Both the position numbers and the translations under genes were made by a program. A model generated the notes under the pieces. It was not told the DNA's origin, ran no database searches, and saw nothing but the letters and a program-made list of their open reading frames with translations. Positions 17,634 to 29,252 of a stretch of DNA of 64,000 nt are shown piece by piece. This stretch comes from Myxococcota bacterium (GTDB lineage Bacteria > Myxococcota_A > Polyangia > HGW-17). The number at the start of each line of letters is the position of its first letter. The first letter of the stretch is position 1. The DNA is taken from assembly GCA_018817795.1 (NCBI GenBank), contig JAHITJ010000184.1, positions 8,423-72,422 of the forward strand. The letters are read 5' to 3'.

Positions 17634-20519
17634 TCAGCGGGTGCAGGTGGACGTGATCGATCCGGTGACGGCGGCGGGTGCATCGATGACGACGCTGTAT
17701 TTCTCGTTGCGAACCACCGGAATGGACACCGTCTGGCCGCCGTCGTTTCCGGTGGTGGAAAGGGCCACTACCGTGGAGGCATCACAGGTCTCCCAGGCGG
17801 ATTCCGACAGCACGATCAGGCGGGCGCCCGTGAGACCGGGGTTGAGTTTCCACTCCACGGTTCCGGAAAACGGCGCCTCGAAGGTGAAGGCCGTCTCGGG
17901 ACCGTTGAATCCCGTCACGGAATTTCCGCCCGTCCCCCAGTCCTCGATGACCGCCGGCAGTCTGGTGGTGTCGAAACTGCGGGTTTCCTGGCAGTACAGT
18001 GGGACGGTGGACGGACATTCCATGGTCACGAACGGCCGTGGCAGCAATTTGGAGCGATACTCCAGGAAGGTGTAGCCCGCTGCGGCCAGAATGCGGCCGT
18101 TGGGTTGCAGGTGCAGGCGGTTCAAAGTCGGATTTCCAGGCACGACCACCGGCGAGAAGCGCACGCCGGCAAAGCGCAACACCACACCTGAACTGCCGAC
18201 GACCCAGATATTGCGTGCGTTGGTTCCGGAGACATCGCTCAACTTGACGCCGACGCCGGATTCCACTGGATTCCAACGGCTGCCATCATAGAGCCGGATC
18301 GTGCCGTCGTTGCCCACCGCGACAACGTGGTTGCGGCTGGTTCCCCAGACGGCGGTGAGATTTTTTGTGGTGTCGGAGTTCAGCGTCGTCCAGTCACTTC
18401 CGTTGTAGAACAAAGTGGTTCCGCCGTTGCCCACCGCGAACACCGCGCTCGGGGAGACGCAGAACACATCGTTGAGTTGGGCAGTGCTTCCGGAGACCTG
18501 GGAAACCCACTGTGCTCCGTTGTAATGCAGGATGGTGCCGGTCGCGCCGACGGCCCAGATCTCGGAGGCACCACAGCCGTGAACTGAATAAAGCGCAGTC
18601 AGATTGGCCTCTATCCCCGTGGTTATGCTTGCCCAGGTGCCGTTGGTCCGCAGCGCTGATCGGCCACGCCGACCGACCGCCATCACCAGATCCTTGTTCG
18701 GACCCCACAGATCGTAGATGTACATTCCATCCGGCGGTGTCTCCTCGTTCCAGACGCCGTTTTCCAGGTGGTGCAGGGCGCCGGTTTGGCCGGAGACGTA
18801 GAAATTGTCAGATTCGGCGCCCCAGATACGCATGATGCTCTGCGGAAACTCATGTGAAACCGTCTCGAATTCGCCCGTGTATTCCATCAACTGGCCGTTG
18901 GCACCGCCAATCCAGAGGGTATCCGGGTGGTCGTTCCAGGCGGAGAAGAAGCGGCTGCCCAGCGGAGGCGCCAGAATTCGCCAGCCGGCGGCTTCCCGTC
19001 GCAGGACGGATCCGTTCTCCAGAACGGCCCAGAGATCGGCCAGCGAGGTACCCCGGATCTGCTTGACTACGACATCGGTTTCGATCTCCAGTTCTGTGAA
19101 CACATCGTTTTCCAACTGGAGAACGAAGCCTTCGTAGGTGTCCTTGTAGCCGGAAAATGCCAACTGTGCCGGATTCAGTGCATACACGGACCAGAACTCC
19201 CAGGCCGCGTACTCCGGCGGCAGGGTGACGCGTGTCCAGTCGATGCCGTCGAAGCGCCAGACCTGCCCGGTGGGGCCGACGACCCAGACGTCATTGGGAC
19301 CGGAGCCGTGGATTCCCAGGAACGTGACATCATGTTCCTCCAGCGCCTCGCCATGGCGGAGCACTTCAGTCCAGTCCACTCCATCGTAGTGAAGGATGAT
19401 GCCGACCCCCCAAATGAAAGGTGATTCGGGATTATTCGGATCGAGCAAATAGCCCGGGATGAAGCCGCAGGCGTACAGGTTCGTCGATGAACTACCCCAG
19501 ATGCCGGTCAAATGAAGACTTTCGAAACCGGTCGTGGCCGTCCATGTGCTGCCGTCGAAATGGAGCAGGGTGCCGAAGTTTCCCACCGCCCAGGCGTCGT
19601 CAGGCGCGATTGTCCACACGCCTCGCAGCATCGGGTCGCCGGCCAGTTGCTCGTTGTCCCACGTGCTGCCGTCGAAACGGCCGACCCAGCCGTTGAAGGA
19701 CACGGCGAAGAGGTTGGTATCGTCGGTGCCGTGAATCGATATGATGTTGCCGGTGGTGTTGACGGAGTGCCTGTTCCAGGAGTTGAAGCAGCCGGAGAAC
19801 TCGCGCAGGCAGCCCGTATCGCAGTGCAGGTCACCACCGCTGAAGTAGAAGTCCCAGCAGGAGAGGTTGTTCTGCTGGATGCCGTCGCAGACCTCCACGT
19901 CATGGATATCGCCGTCACCGCAGAAGCCCTCGCACTGCGAGGGTTCGAAGGCCCGGCAGTCGGCCGAGCACGCCAGGGTGCCGTCGTGGAAGCCGAAGTC
20001 GGTGCAGTCGTAGCCGCCGAGGTTTTCGGGTTCGCACAGTTCGGGTCCGTTGATGGTGCCGTCGCCGCACCAGTTCAGGCACTCGTCGGAGTCGGGCACG
20101 ACGCAGTAGGAGCGCTCGATGATGCAGTTCGAGGAGCAGCCATCGCCGTCTTCAGTGTTGCCATCGTCGCACGCCTCGCCGACGCCGAACTCGTTGAGTT
20201 CGATGTGGCCGTTGCCGCACTCGGTGCAGATCGCGGTGCAGTTGGTCAGGCAGATCGCGAAGCCGTGTTCGCAGGTGAACTCTCCCAACTCGGCGCCGTC
20301 GCAGATCTCCCCCGGATCGAGCATGCCGTTCTGGCAGTAAGCCTCTCCGCTCTCATAACAGCGGTAGATCCCGTCGGTGCCGCGCAGTTGGCAGACCCAG
20401 GCGTCGGGGCAGGCTCCGGGCTCGTTGGGATCGCAGGTGTAGTGGCCATCCTTGAGGTCGGTTTCACACGCAGAATATGGGAAAAGCAGCAAACACAGGA
20501 TGAAAAATGACTTTTTCAT
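17634..20519 (-). CDS. Large secreted protein: Myxococcus-type cysteine-rich repeats, a multi-blade beta-propeller-like repeat region and a PPC-like C-terminal domain
   Basis: N-terminal signal peptide (MKKSFFILCLLLFPYSAC). Four Cys-rich repeats (e.g. CTECGNGHIELNEFGVGEACDDGNTEDGDGCSSNC). These are followed by about 15 repeats of the type DxWAVG..GtiLhYdGs.W. The start overlaps the stop of the upstream methyltransferase gene (ATGA at 20516-20519). Confidence 0.8.
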   Translation of the reverse strand: MKKSFFILCLLLFPYSACETDLKDGHYTCDPNEPGACPDAWVCQLRGTDGIYRCYESGEAYCQNGMLDPGEICDGAELGEFTCEHGFAICLTNCTAICTECGNGHIELNEFGVGEACDDGNTEDGDGCSSNCIIERSYCVVPDSDECLNWCGDGTINGPELCEPENLGGYDCTDFGFHDGTLACSADCRAFEPSQCEGFCGDGDIHDVEVCDGIQQNNLSCWDFYFSGGDLHCDTGCLREFSGCFNSWNRHSVNTTGNIISIHGTDDTNLFAVSFNGWVGRFDGSTWDNEQLAGDPMLRGVWTIAPDDAWAVGNFGTLLHFDGSTWTATTGFESLHLTGIWGSSSTNLYACGFIPGYLLDPNNPESPFIWGVGIILHYDGVDWTEVLRHGEALEEHDVTFLGIHGSGPNDVWVVGPTGQVWRFDGIDWTRVTLPPEYAAWEFWSVYALNPAQLAFSGYKDTYEGFVLQLENDVFTELEIETDVVVKQIRGTSLADLWAVLENGSVLRREAAGWRILAPPLGSRFFSAWNDHPDTLWIGGANGQLMEYTGEFETVSHEFPQSIMRIWGAESDNFYVSGQTGALHHLENGVWNEETPPDGMYIYDLWGPNKDLVMAVGRRGRSALRTNGTWASITTGIEANLTALYSVHGCGASEIWAVGATGTILHYNGAQWVSQVSGSTAQLNDVFCVSPSAVFAVGNGGTTLFYNGSDWTTLNSDTTKNLTAVWGTSRNHVVAVGNDGTIRLYDGSRWNPVESGVGVKLSDVSGTNARNIWVVGSSGVVLRFAGVRFSPVVVPGNPTLNRLHLQPNGRILAAAGYTFLEYRSKLLPRPFVTMECPSTVPLYCQETRSFDTTRLPAVIEDWGTGGNSVTGFNGPETAFTFEAPFSGTVEWKLNPGLTGARLIVLSESAWETCDASTVVALSTTGNDGGQTVSIPVVRNEKYSVVIDAPAAVTGSITSTCTR

Positions 20520-21907
20520 GATTTCTCCTGACGAAAAAATAGGGCAACGGTTTCAAACCATGGCGTCTGAGGAAACATATCGTATCCTGTGGCAGAGTCA
20601 AGGGTGAAAGATGTGGCCGTAAGGCGGGCGGCATCGCGGACCAGGGTCTGGGGGTTGCAACTCATATAGACAAGGATCCTGATCGGTTGGGCTTCGATCC
20701 AGGAAAGTAGATCCGCAGAGAGGCCCTGTCGCGGTGGATTCACCACCAGCGCGAAGTCGCCTGCGGGCGTTGGAAGTGCCTCGATGTCGTTCACGTCCGC
20801 GGCGATCCATGACAGCGATGGATCTGCCTGACGGGCCAGCTCGATGGCGCGTGATTCGAGTTCCACACCGGTCACTGCGTGGCCGTCGGCGGCCAATGCC
20901 AAGGCGATGGGGCCCACCCCGCAGAAGAGGTCGAGCACCGGTTCGGTTACCGGATGCAAAGCTCGGACGATGGTGTCCACGGCCGCCCGGGCCATGCTGT
21001 GATGTGCCTGGGAGAAGCATGTGGCGTTGACGAGGTATGCAGCGGAATGATCGTTCTCGCGTACGAAGTCCGCTCCCGCAAGTGTCCATTCCTCATGGCC
21101 GGTGAGTCGGTTGCCGGCGTCAGGGTGCAGGTTGCAGGTGACGCCCGCGACACCCTCGAGGGTTCCGGCAGCCGAGAGCCTGGCCACCATGTCCGGGTCG
21201 GGTCGGGCCGCGACGACAAAGGTCACCAGTATTTCGCCACCGGACGTACACTTGGCAAGGATCGCGCGAAGCAGACCGGTCTGATCGGCCTCGTTGTAAG
21301 GCGGCACATCAGCGATCACCTCAGGAAGCTGGCGCGCCAGCCGAGCCAGGGCTGGAACGAGAACGGCACAGTCGGAGACCGGCAGGAAGCGGTGGGAGTC
21401 ATGCCGATAGAAGCCGGCGGTCGGTCGGCCATCGGAGCCGGGTCCGACGATCCACTTGACCTTGTCGCGGTAGCCGAGGGGCTGGGGTGCCGCGACGAAG
21501 CCCGCACCCGGGAACAGGGCCTCGAGGCGCGCCCGCTTCTGCGCGACCTGGGCTTTATAGGGGATGGTCAGCGCCGCACAGCCGCCACAGGCAGCCTGCA
21601 CCGGGCAGACGCCCTTCTCACGGGTGACGCCGTGGGCCACGATCCGCATCGCGCGCCCGAACCAGTGGCCGTGGTGCCGGCTCCGGGCCAGGAGGGCGCA
21701 TTCCACGATGTCACCGGGCCAAACGCCGGGTACGCGCACGATTTCGCCGTCGTCCTGTGGGTACTGGGATTTTTCCATGCCCACGGAGTTGGCAACGTCA
21801 TGGGCGTCTTTGGTTCCGACGGTGCCAAAGAGTCCCACGCCTTCCCATTCCGGCGTCAGATCGACGATGCGGGCGATGATCCGGTCTCCGACACGGGCCA
21901 TGATCAA
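20516..21907 (-). CDS. 23S rRNA (uracil-C5)-methyltransferase, RlmD/RumA family (TRAM + [4Fe-4S] cysteines + SAM MTase)
   Basis: TRAM-like N-terminus, cysteine cluster CPVQAACGGCA, SAM motif LDLFCGVGPIALALA, NPPRQGL, and the catalytic motif YMSCNPQTLVRD. The start overlaps the SpoVR stop (ATGA). Confidence 0.85.
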   Translation of the reverse strand: MIMARVGDRIIARIVDLTPEWEGVGLFGTVGTKDAHDVANSVGMEKSQYPQDDGEIVRVPGVWPGDIVECALLARSRHHGHWFGRAMRIVAHGVTREKGVCPVQAACGGCAALTIPYKAQVAQKRARLEALFPGAGFVAAPQPLGYRDKVKWIVGPGSDGRPTAGFYRHDSHRFLPVSDCAVLVPALARLARQLPEVIADVPPYNEADQTGLLRAILAKCTSGGEILVTFVVAARPDPDMVARLSAAGTLEGVAGVTCNLHPDAGNRLTGHEEWTLAGADFVRENDHSAAYLVNATCFSQAHHSMARAAVDTIVRALHPVTEPVLDLFCGVGPIALALAADGHAVTGVELESRAIELARQADPSLSWIAADVNDIEALPTPAGDFALVVNPPRQGLSADLLSWIEAQPIRILVYMSCNPQTLVRDAARLTATSFTLDSATGYDMFPQTPWFETVALFFRQEKS

Positions 21908-23415
21908 CCGCCTACGGCGGAAACGGGTAGTTCCCGGGAAGAGTGTTCCGAGCCGTCGAAGCTCAGCAGCGTGGGGAGATCCTTGACCTTCGTGACGAGA
22001 TTGACGGGCTTTTTCCAGATGGTGAAGAGGTTCTCCAGCGTGCTCCTGGCATAGGGTACTTCGAGATCTACACCGTAGTGCCGGTGTTCGAGCAGCAGTT
22101 CGCCGCGGTTGACGTAGTCGGAGTCGGTCACCGCGATGATCGGATGTCCCCCGTTGGTCAACTGGAACAGCAGGCGGCTCTTGATCTCCGAGAACTCCCG
22201 CGAGGAGATGACGTATTCGCTTTTGGAGCGGCTGTAGTCGTAGGTGTAGAACAGACGCTCGGTCAGGAACTCGGGCGTGAGAAACTCGTCGATGAAGGTG
22301 ACGTCATTGAACATGCGGCGCACCTCGAAGATCTTCTGCAGACCCTCTTTGGCGCCGGTGTCCCAGTGCTTCTTCTTCTCGTAGTCATCGCAGTCGCGCC
22401 AGGCCTTGCCGTGCATGCCGCGGTTCCACCGGTGCTCGATGTCGCGGAACAGTTCCACGCCCATCTTGTAAGGGTTCAACTGACCCGGTGCCTGGGCTGT
22501 GACGCCGGACGTGGTATGTGCAAACTGAATGACCTCGGAGGCGTCGATGAGGTGATGTGTCATCAGTCGGCTGTGCCAGAAGGTGGCCCATCCCTCGTTC
22601 ATGATCTTGGTCATGGCCTGGGGGGCGAAATAATACGCCTCCTCGCGGACGATCTCCAGGATCGTGCGCTGCCAATCCTCCAGTGGTGCACAATTGAGCA
22701 GGAAGCCCAGCACGTCGCGCGTGGGGTTGATCGGCTCCTTCCGCAGGCCGATCGAAGGCCCCGGCGTCTCGGCGGCGTTCTTCCGGTCGCCTGCGAGAAA
22801 GCCCTTCATGTAGGAGCGTACGCCCTTCTTCTCCGCCTCGGGTGCGTCGGCTGCGGCCAGCCGGGCCTCCTCGATCAGGTCCTCGAACTCGCGGCGGGTC
22901 GCGGGCGGCCGGGCGATGAAGAGGCTGTAGGGATCGATCAGGTTGTCCATGCTGTGGCAGATGTCGATGAAGTTTTCCACAGACTCGATGCCGACACGAT
23001 CAATTATTTTCTGTACCTTTACGGCATGGTTGGCCATCTCGTCGATCATCTTGCGGTTGGTGAACTTGAAGTACACGTTGTTCTTGAAGAAGTCGTTGTG
23101 GGCCATGACGTGGGCCATGACCATCTTCTGATCGACCAGGTTGTTTCCTTCCAGCAGGTAGGCGTAGCAGGGATCATTGTTGATCACCAACTCGTAGATC
23201 TTGCTCAGCCCGTAACGGGAGCCCTTGGCCAGCCGGTCGTATTCCATGCCGAAGCGCCAGTGCGGGTAGCGCGAAGGGAAGCCGCCGTAGGCTGCGACCT
23301 CGTTGAGGGTCTTGGTGTCCACAAGGATGAACCGCGTCTCGAAGAAGTCCAGGCCCGCGGCGTGGGCGACGGTCTCCACCTGTGTCTGCATTTCCTGGAG
23401 GTACGGAGGCAGCAT
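21904..23415 (-). CDS. SpoVR family protein (E. coli YcgB homologue)
   Basis: Strong family resemblance (AAYGGFPSRYPHWRFGMEY, VMAHVMAHNDFFKNN, WATFWHSRLM). I set the start at MLPPYLQEM (23415), 5 nt after the yeaH-like stop. The 70-codon upstream extension in the ORF track is R/P/G-rich and overlaps the previous gene. Confidence 0.9.
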   Translation of the reverse strand: MLPPYLQEMQTQVETVAHAAGLDFFETRFILVDTKTLNEVAAYGGFPSRYPHWRFGMEYDRLAKGSRYGLSKIYELVINNDPCYAYLLEGNNLVDQKMVMAHVMAHNDFFKNNVYFKFTNRKMIDEMANHAVKVQKIIDRVGIESVENFIDICHSMDNLIDPYSLFIARPPATRREFEDLIEEARLAAADAPEAEKKGVRSYMKGFLAGDRKNAAETPGPSIGLRKEPINPTRDVLGFLLNCAPLEDWQRTILEIVREEAYYFAPQAMTKIMNEGWATFWHSRLMTHHLIDASEVIQFAHTTSGVTAQAPGQLNPYKMGVELFRDIEHRWNRGMHGKAWRDCDDYEKKKHWDTGAKEGLQKIFEVRRMFNDVTFIDEFLTPEFLTERLFYTYDYSRSKSEYVISSREFSEIKSRLLFQLTNGGHPIIAVTDSDYVNRGELLLEHRHYGVDLEVPYARSTLENLFTIWKKPVNLVTKVKDLPTLLSFDGSEHSSRELPVSAVGG

Positions 23416-23420
23416 GCGGT

Positions 23421-24530
23421 TCACTTGCCCTTTCCCAGGAAGTCCCGGATGGAGTCCATGATGGCGTTGCGGTCCTCGATGGGCGAGAGCACCAGGTTCT
23501 CGGGATGCGGAAAGGCCTCCTCGAGGTCGTGCAGAAACTGGCCCGACCCGTAGGGGCTCTTCACCTGGCCGTAGCCGAACAGGTTGATCCGCGGCAGCAG
23601 CCGGACCTTGAGCGCGTCGAAGCACTTCTGGGTGTCCTCACGGGACCAGTTGTCGCCGTCGGAGAAGTGAAACACGTACACGTTCCAGGCGTCGGACGGG
23701 TATTCCGCCTCGATCAGGTCCGCCGTCAGCAGGTAGGCCGAGGAGATCATCGTCCCTCCGCTCTCCTTGGTGCTGTAGAAGGTGTCCTGGTCGACCTCGC
23801 GGGCCTTGGTGTCGTGAATGATGTAGCGGCTCTCGATGCCCTTGTACTGGTAGCGCAGCCAGGTGTCGATCCAGAAGCTCTCGATGCGCACCATGGTCTT
23901 CTGCTCATCCCCCATGGATCCGGACACATCCATGAGATACACGATCACTGCGTTGGTCTGGGGGACGACGCTCTCCTTCCAGGAGCGGTAGCGGCGATCC
24001 TCCCTCCGTGGAACGATGAGGGGCTGTTCACGGTTGTAGGAACCCATGATGATCTGGCGCTTGAGCGCCTCCCTGAAGGTGCGCTTGAAGTGTTTGAGGC
24101 TCTCCGGGCCGATGCGGCGAATGGCGTTGTACTTGTCGCGCGGGGCGCGGATGGTCCGCATGCCCTTGGGTTCGATGTGCGGCAGTTCGAGTTCTTCTCC
24201 AAGGATGCGCGCGAGCTCCTCGAGGGTGAACTCGGCCTCCATCTCATGCTGCCCTGGCTGGTTTCCGGCCTGGCCCTCGCCATCGCCGGCCTGCGGATCC
24301 GAGCCGAGACCGTCTCCTACGTCCCCGGGGCCCTGGGAGACGCCGCCCTGATCCTTGGAACCGTACTTGAAGCGAGGCAGATCGATGCTTGGCATCGGGA
24401 TCGTGACGCGATCCTTTCCCTTCTTGCCGATCAGTTCTCCACTGGAGATGTACTTGCGCAGATTTCCCTTGATCTGTCCGCGCACGATCTGGCGGAAGCG
24501 GCTGTGATCCGGATCGATTCGCTGGCTCAT
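23421..24530 (-). CDS. YeaH/YhbH family protein (DUF444, VWA-like)
   Basis: N-terminus [28 protein letters not shown] is typical of DUF444. MIDAS-like motif [13 protein letters not shown]; 369 aa. Starts 19 nt downstream of the prkA stop. Confidence 0.9.
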   Translation of the reverse strand: MSQRIDPDHSRFRQIVRGQIKGNLRKYISSGELIGKKGKDRVTIPMPSIDLPRFKYGSKDQGGVSQGPGDVGDGLGSDPQAGDGEGQAGNQPGQHEMEAEFTLEELARILGEELELPHIEPKGMRTIRAPRDKYNAIRRIGPESLKHFKRTFREALKRQIIMGSYNREQPLIVPRREDRRYRSWKESVVPQTNAVIVYLMDVSGSMGDEQKTMVRIESFWIDTWLRYQYKGIESRYIIHDTKAREVDQDTFYSTKESGGTMISSAYLLTADLIEAEYPSDAWNVYVFHFSDGDNWSREDTQKCFDALKVRLLPRINLFGYGQVKSPYGSGQFLHDLEEAFPHPENLVLSPIEDRNAIMDSIRDFLGKGK

Positions 24531-24549
24531 AGGTCACCTGCCGTGGGTG

Positions 24550-26628
<2,079 letters not shown>

Positions 26629-26650
26629 CCGTCGTCCTCCTGTGTCGGTA

Positions 26651-26679
26651 TTATTACCATGTATGTGAACAATCGCCAA
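26651..26679 (-). promoter_or_regulatory. Candidate sigma70-type promoter for prkA-yeaH-spoVR
   Basis: On the minus strand, TTGGCG - 17 nt - TAATAA lies about 20 nt upstream of the AGGAGG RBS of prkA. Each hexamer matches consensus at 4 of 6 positions. Confidence 0.3.
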
Positions 26680-26759
26680 TCAGGATTCGGAACGGTTACA
26701 AAATTCAGATCCCGGGCATCGTCGATCAGGATTCGGAACGGTTATAGAACTCAGATCCC
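26679..26759. repeat. Tandem direct duplication (46-bp period) of the AI-2E gene 3' end
   Basis: atcaggattcggaacggttaCaAaaTtcagatccc (26679-26713) versus atcaggattcggaacggttaTaGaaCtcagatccc (26725-26759), 32/35 identical. Copy 2 encodes the last 11 codons plus the stop of the AI-2E gene. Copy 1 lies in the spacer and abuts the putative prkA -35 element. Confidence 0.9.
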
Positions 26760-27844
26760 TGATATAATTTGAGGGTGTGCCGCGTCAACACGGCCAGCAG
26801 TGCTGCGAAGGGCACTGCGATCAACGCTCCCCAGAACCCCCACAGGATTCCGAAGGTCATCAAGGCTGCGACCACCAGCGCGGGGTTGAGTCCAACACTC
26901 TTGCCCAGCACATTGGGCGTGATGAAGAAGCCATCGAGGAGCTGGACCCCGCCGAAGACCAAACTGACACCCACGACCGGTCCGAGTCCGCCGCCGTCGA
27001 GGATGGCCATGGACAACGCCAGGAGGAAGCCGATGAAGGCACCCACGTACGGGATGAAGGCCATGAAGCCCGTGAGCAGGCCGATGAACAGGCTCAAGGT
27101 GATGCCGATCCAGGAATAGCCGATGGAATACAGCGTGCCCAGGATGACCATGACCAGGATCTGGCCGCGCAGCCAGGAGCTCATCGTGCCGTCCATGTCA
27201 TGCAGCAGATCCTGCATCCACCAGTGGTGGCGTGCAGGCACCAGACGCGTCCAGACGCGTCCGAGCTTGTCGAAGTCCCGCAGCAGGAAGAACGTGAAGA
27301 ACGGAATCAGGAAAAGCGTGGCCAGGAAAGAGAACAGGAAGAAGGTGCCGGCCGCGGCGAAGGTGGCCACCTCGCGCAGGGGGGAGGCGGCGTCGCGGGC
27401 GATGGTGGAGAGGTCCGATCCGAAGCGGTCCATCGCCGAGGCCATCACCTCCGAGGCGTTGGGCAGTGTCGTGTCCAGCAGGCTCTCGATGCGCGGGATC
27501 AGCCAGCCCTTGACGGCCATGGTGTAGACCGGAATCTTGCGGATGAACTCGTCGAGCTGGGAGGCCAGCAGGGGCACGATGAAGAGCACGAAGAAAAAAA
27601 CGAACAACACGAACAGCGACAGCAGGATCAGGATGCCGACGGTCCGGGGCACCCGCCGCTTCTCCAGCCGGGTCACGAACGGGTTGCAGAAGTATGCCAG
27701 GAAGAACGAGATCAGGACCGGGATGACCAGCGGCATCAGCAATACCAGGAGGTTCGCGACCAGGAGCAGGGCTCCGAGGAGCATCGCGATCTGGAGAAAC
27801 AGGTGCGTGCGTCGGGGCGATCCGAAGCCGAAAGGTTTTTCCAT
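26726..27844 (-). CDS. AI-2E family transporter (PerM/YhhT-like permease)
   Basis: 372 aa with about 8 hydrophobic helices. Family-like motifs include FLAYFCNPFV..LEKRRVPR and GGLGPVVGV..FITPNVLGKSVGLNP. Confidence 0.85.
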   Translation of the reverse strand: MEKPFGFGSPRRTHLFLQIAMLLGALLLVANLLVLLMPLVIPVLISFFLAYFCNPFVTRLEKRRVPRTVGILILLSLFVLFVFFFVLFIVPLLASQLDEFIRKIPVYTMAVKGWLIPRIESLLDTTLPNASEVMASAMDRFGSDLSTIARDAASPLREVATFAAAGTFFLFSFLATLFLIPFFTFFLLRDFDKLGRVWTRLVPARHHWWMQDLLHDMDGTMSSWLRGQILVMVILGTLYSIGYSWIGITLSLFIGLLTGFMAFIPYVGAFIGFLLALSMAILDGGGLGPVVGVSLVFGGVQLLDGFFITPNVLGKSVGLNPALVVAALMTFGILWGFWGALIAVPFAALLAVLTRHTLKLYQGSEFYNRSES

Positions 27845-27847
27845 CGG

Positions 27848-28168
27848 TCAGTTCTCCGTGATCCGGACCAGCCCGGGTTTGCGACGCAGCAGTTCGTGCG
27901 CCTTGAGCGTGAAGGTGGAGTAGTACGGGTAGTGGTTCGGCGCGACGATCAGCAGTTCGTGACGGCCTGTGGGGAGCAGGCGGGGGATCCTCTCCAGTTC
28001 GATCCCGGTGCCCCAGTACTTGTGATCGACGTACACCTGGGCCGTGGGCGGTATCGCCAGCAGCATCAGACCCTGTCGGGACTTGGGCGCGAAGGTGACG
28101 TGCGAGCAGGATGTCGCGAACAGACCAAGCACACAGGAGAAGAAGACAAAACGTATGAAAAAATTCAT
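27848..28168 (-). CDS. Small PEGA-like lipoprotein
   Basis: Signal peptide plus lipobox (VLGLFATSC). The segment AIPPTAQVYVDHKYWGTG....LPTGRHELLIVAPNHYPYYSTFTL resembles a PEGA domain. The stop lies 3 nt before the AI-2E start. Confidence 0.55.
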   Translation of the reverse strand: MNFFIRFVFFSCVLGLFATSCSHVTFAPKSRQGLMLLAIPPTAQVYVDHKYWGTGIELERIPRLLPTGRHELLIVAPNHYPYYSTFTLKAHELLRRKPGLVRITEN

Positions 28169-28199
28169 GTTGTATACCTGAGACCGGACACCGCCGGGA

Positions 28200-29237
28200 T
28201 TACTGCGGACGATTCTCCAGCAGGGCCGGCGGCGTCTCGACCTGCAGTTCGATCACGCCGTCGGCGCGCTTCTTCCAGGTGGCGGTAACGTTCTTTCCCA
28301 GATACAGTCCCTTGAACCACACATCGCGTCCGCCGGGCGCCTGGCGCACATGGAAAACCGCCGTGTTTCTGCCCGAAAGAAGCCCGATCGTACGCAATGC
28401 GACGACCTCGGGCTCCTGCCGCTGGATCAGGAAAAGCACCTGCATCCAGGCGGCGAAGTCCAGCGTTCCCGGAGTCTGGAGTTGGACGGCCACGGTAGGG
28501 GTGACGCCCATACGCGCGAGCAAAGCCGGCGGCAACTGGAGATATAGACCCTCCTGCACCGTGGCGACCGTCGAAAAGGTTTCATCGGTGGACTTCTCCG
28601 TCGGTTTCGGCCTTGGACCACGCCGAGGTTTGGGGGCCTCGATGCGCGCTGTGGTGCGCAGCCTGATCAGGGACTCCCATCCCTCGGCGGTGCGCCGGGA
28701 CTGCGCCAGGATGCAGATGTCGACCGGGCAGTGCTCGGGCAGCTTTTCCGTCTTCACGACACACGAGAGACCAGGCTGCGACAACTGTGACGTCCAGTCG
28801 GATGTCACCCAGGCAGGTTCGGTCGCCTCGAGGTGTACATGCACGGTGCGGAGCTTGTTGAAAAGCAGAAGACGCTTGATTTCCCTGAGGAAACCGACGA
28901 CATCTATCTGGTAAAGTGCCCGGAAAGTATAGGCTCCCGTGGCACTGCGGTTCTCCTGGATGCCCGAGAGGCCTATCAGAAATGACGATTTCTTCGACAT
29001 CACGATCTTCTGGATCCGCTCGACCTCGGCGGTAGGAATCCCCATGAACAGCGTGGGTGCGGCGCGCTTGTTCCACAGTTCCTTCAGCACCGCATCAAGT
29101 CCCGCTGTTCGGGCAACCTCACGGGCCGCCTGCCAGTCCTTCACCTGCGCGACGGTGGACTCGCCCCATAGCTCCTCATGGGAGGATATCTCCTGCGGCT
29201 GCAGGAGGAAACATTGCATGAAAATCCACCACAACAT
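28200..29237 (-). CDS. Hypothetical protein, 345 aa (no recognisable domain)
   Basis: Long ORF in the operon frame, 15 nt after the TetR stop and 31 nt before the PEGA-like gene. Hydrophobic N-terminus and a basic Pro-rich central linker (PKPRRGPRPKPTEK). Confidence 0.6.
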   Translation of the reverse strand: MLWWIFMQCFLLQPQEISSHEELWGESTVAQVKDWQAAREVARTAGLDAVLKELWNKRAAPTLFMGIPTAEVERIQKIVMSKKSSFLIGLSGIQENRSATGAYTFRALYQIDVVGFLREIKRLLLFNKLRTVHVHLEATEPAWVTSDWTSQLSQPGLSCVVKTEKLPEHCPVDICILAQSRRTAEGWESLIRLRTTARIEAPKPRRGPRPKPTEKSTDETFSTVATVQEGLYLQLPPALLARMGVTPTVAVQLQTPGTLDFAAWMQVLFLIQRQEPEVVALRTIGLLSGRNTAVFHVRQAPGGRDVWFKGLYLGKNVTATWKKRADGVIELQVETPPALLENRPQ

Positions 29238-29252
29238 GAAACGACCCTCTCT

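Noticed and set aside
23416-23625. N-terminal ORF-track extensions (SpoVR 23416-23625; likewise PrkA 26629-26679, Kbl 36050-36148, RsmB 15506-15589, protease 39217-39441, Tmk 42515-42718, TolC-like 49992-50120, EnvC-like 52965-53336, adaptor 59220-59942, EcsC 61733-62128, propeller 61715-61816, sigma 63191-63217)
   Set aside because: Each extension overlaps the preceding gene or consists of R/P/G-rich sequence. An internal start with an RBS and/or an ATGA stop-start overlap begins the recognisable family sequence.
26629-26700. Possible sigma54 (-24/-12) promoter upstream of prkA (TGGCGAttgttCACA on the minus strand)
   Set aside because: The GG element is present, but the -12 TTGC/GC element is absent at the required spacing. 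A sigma70-like hexamer pair fits better, so I make no sigma54 claim.
26777-28288. 503-aa plus-strand ORF antisense to the AI-2E and PEGA-like genes
   Set aside because: The translation is highly charged (R/E/D/Q/G/H) and low complexity. The opposite strand encodes a coherent polytopic transporter.
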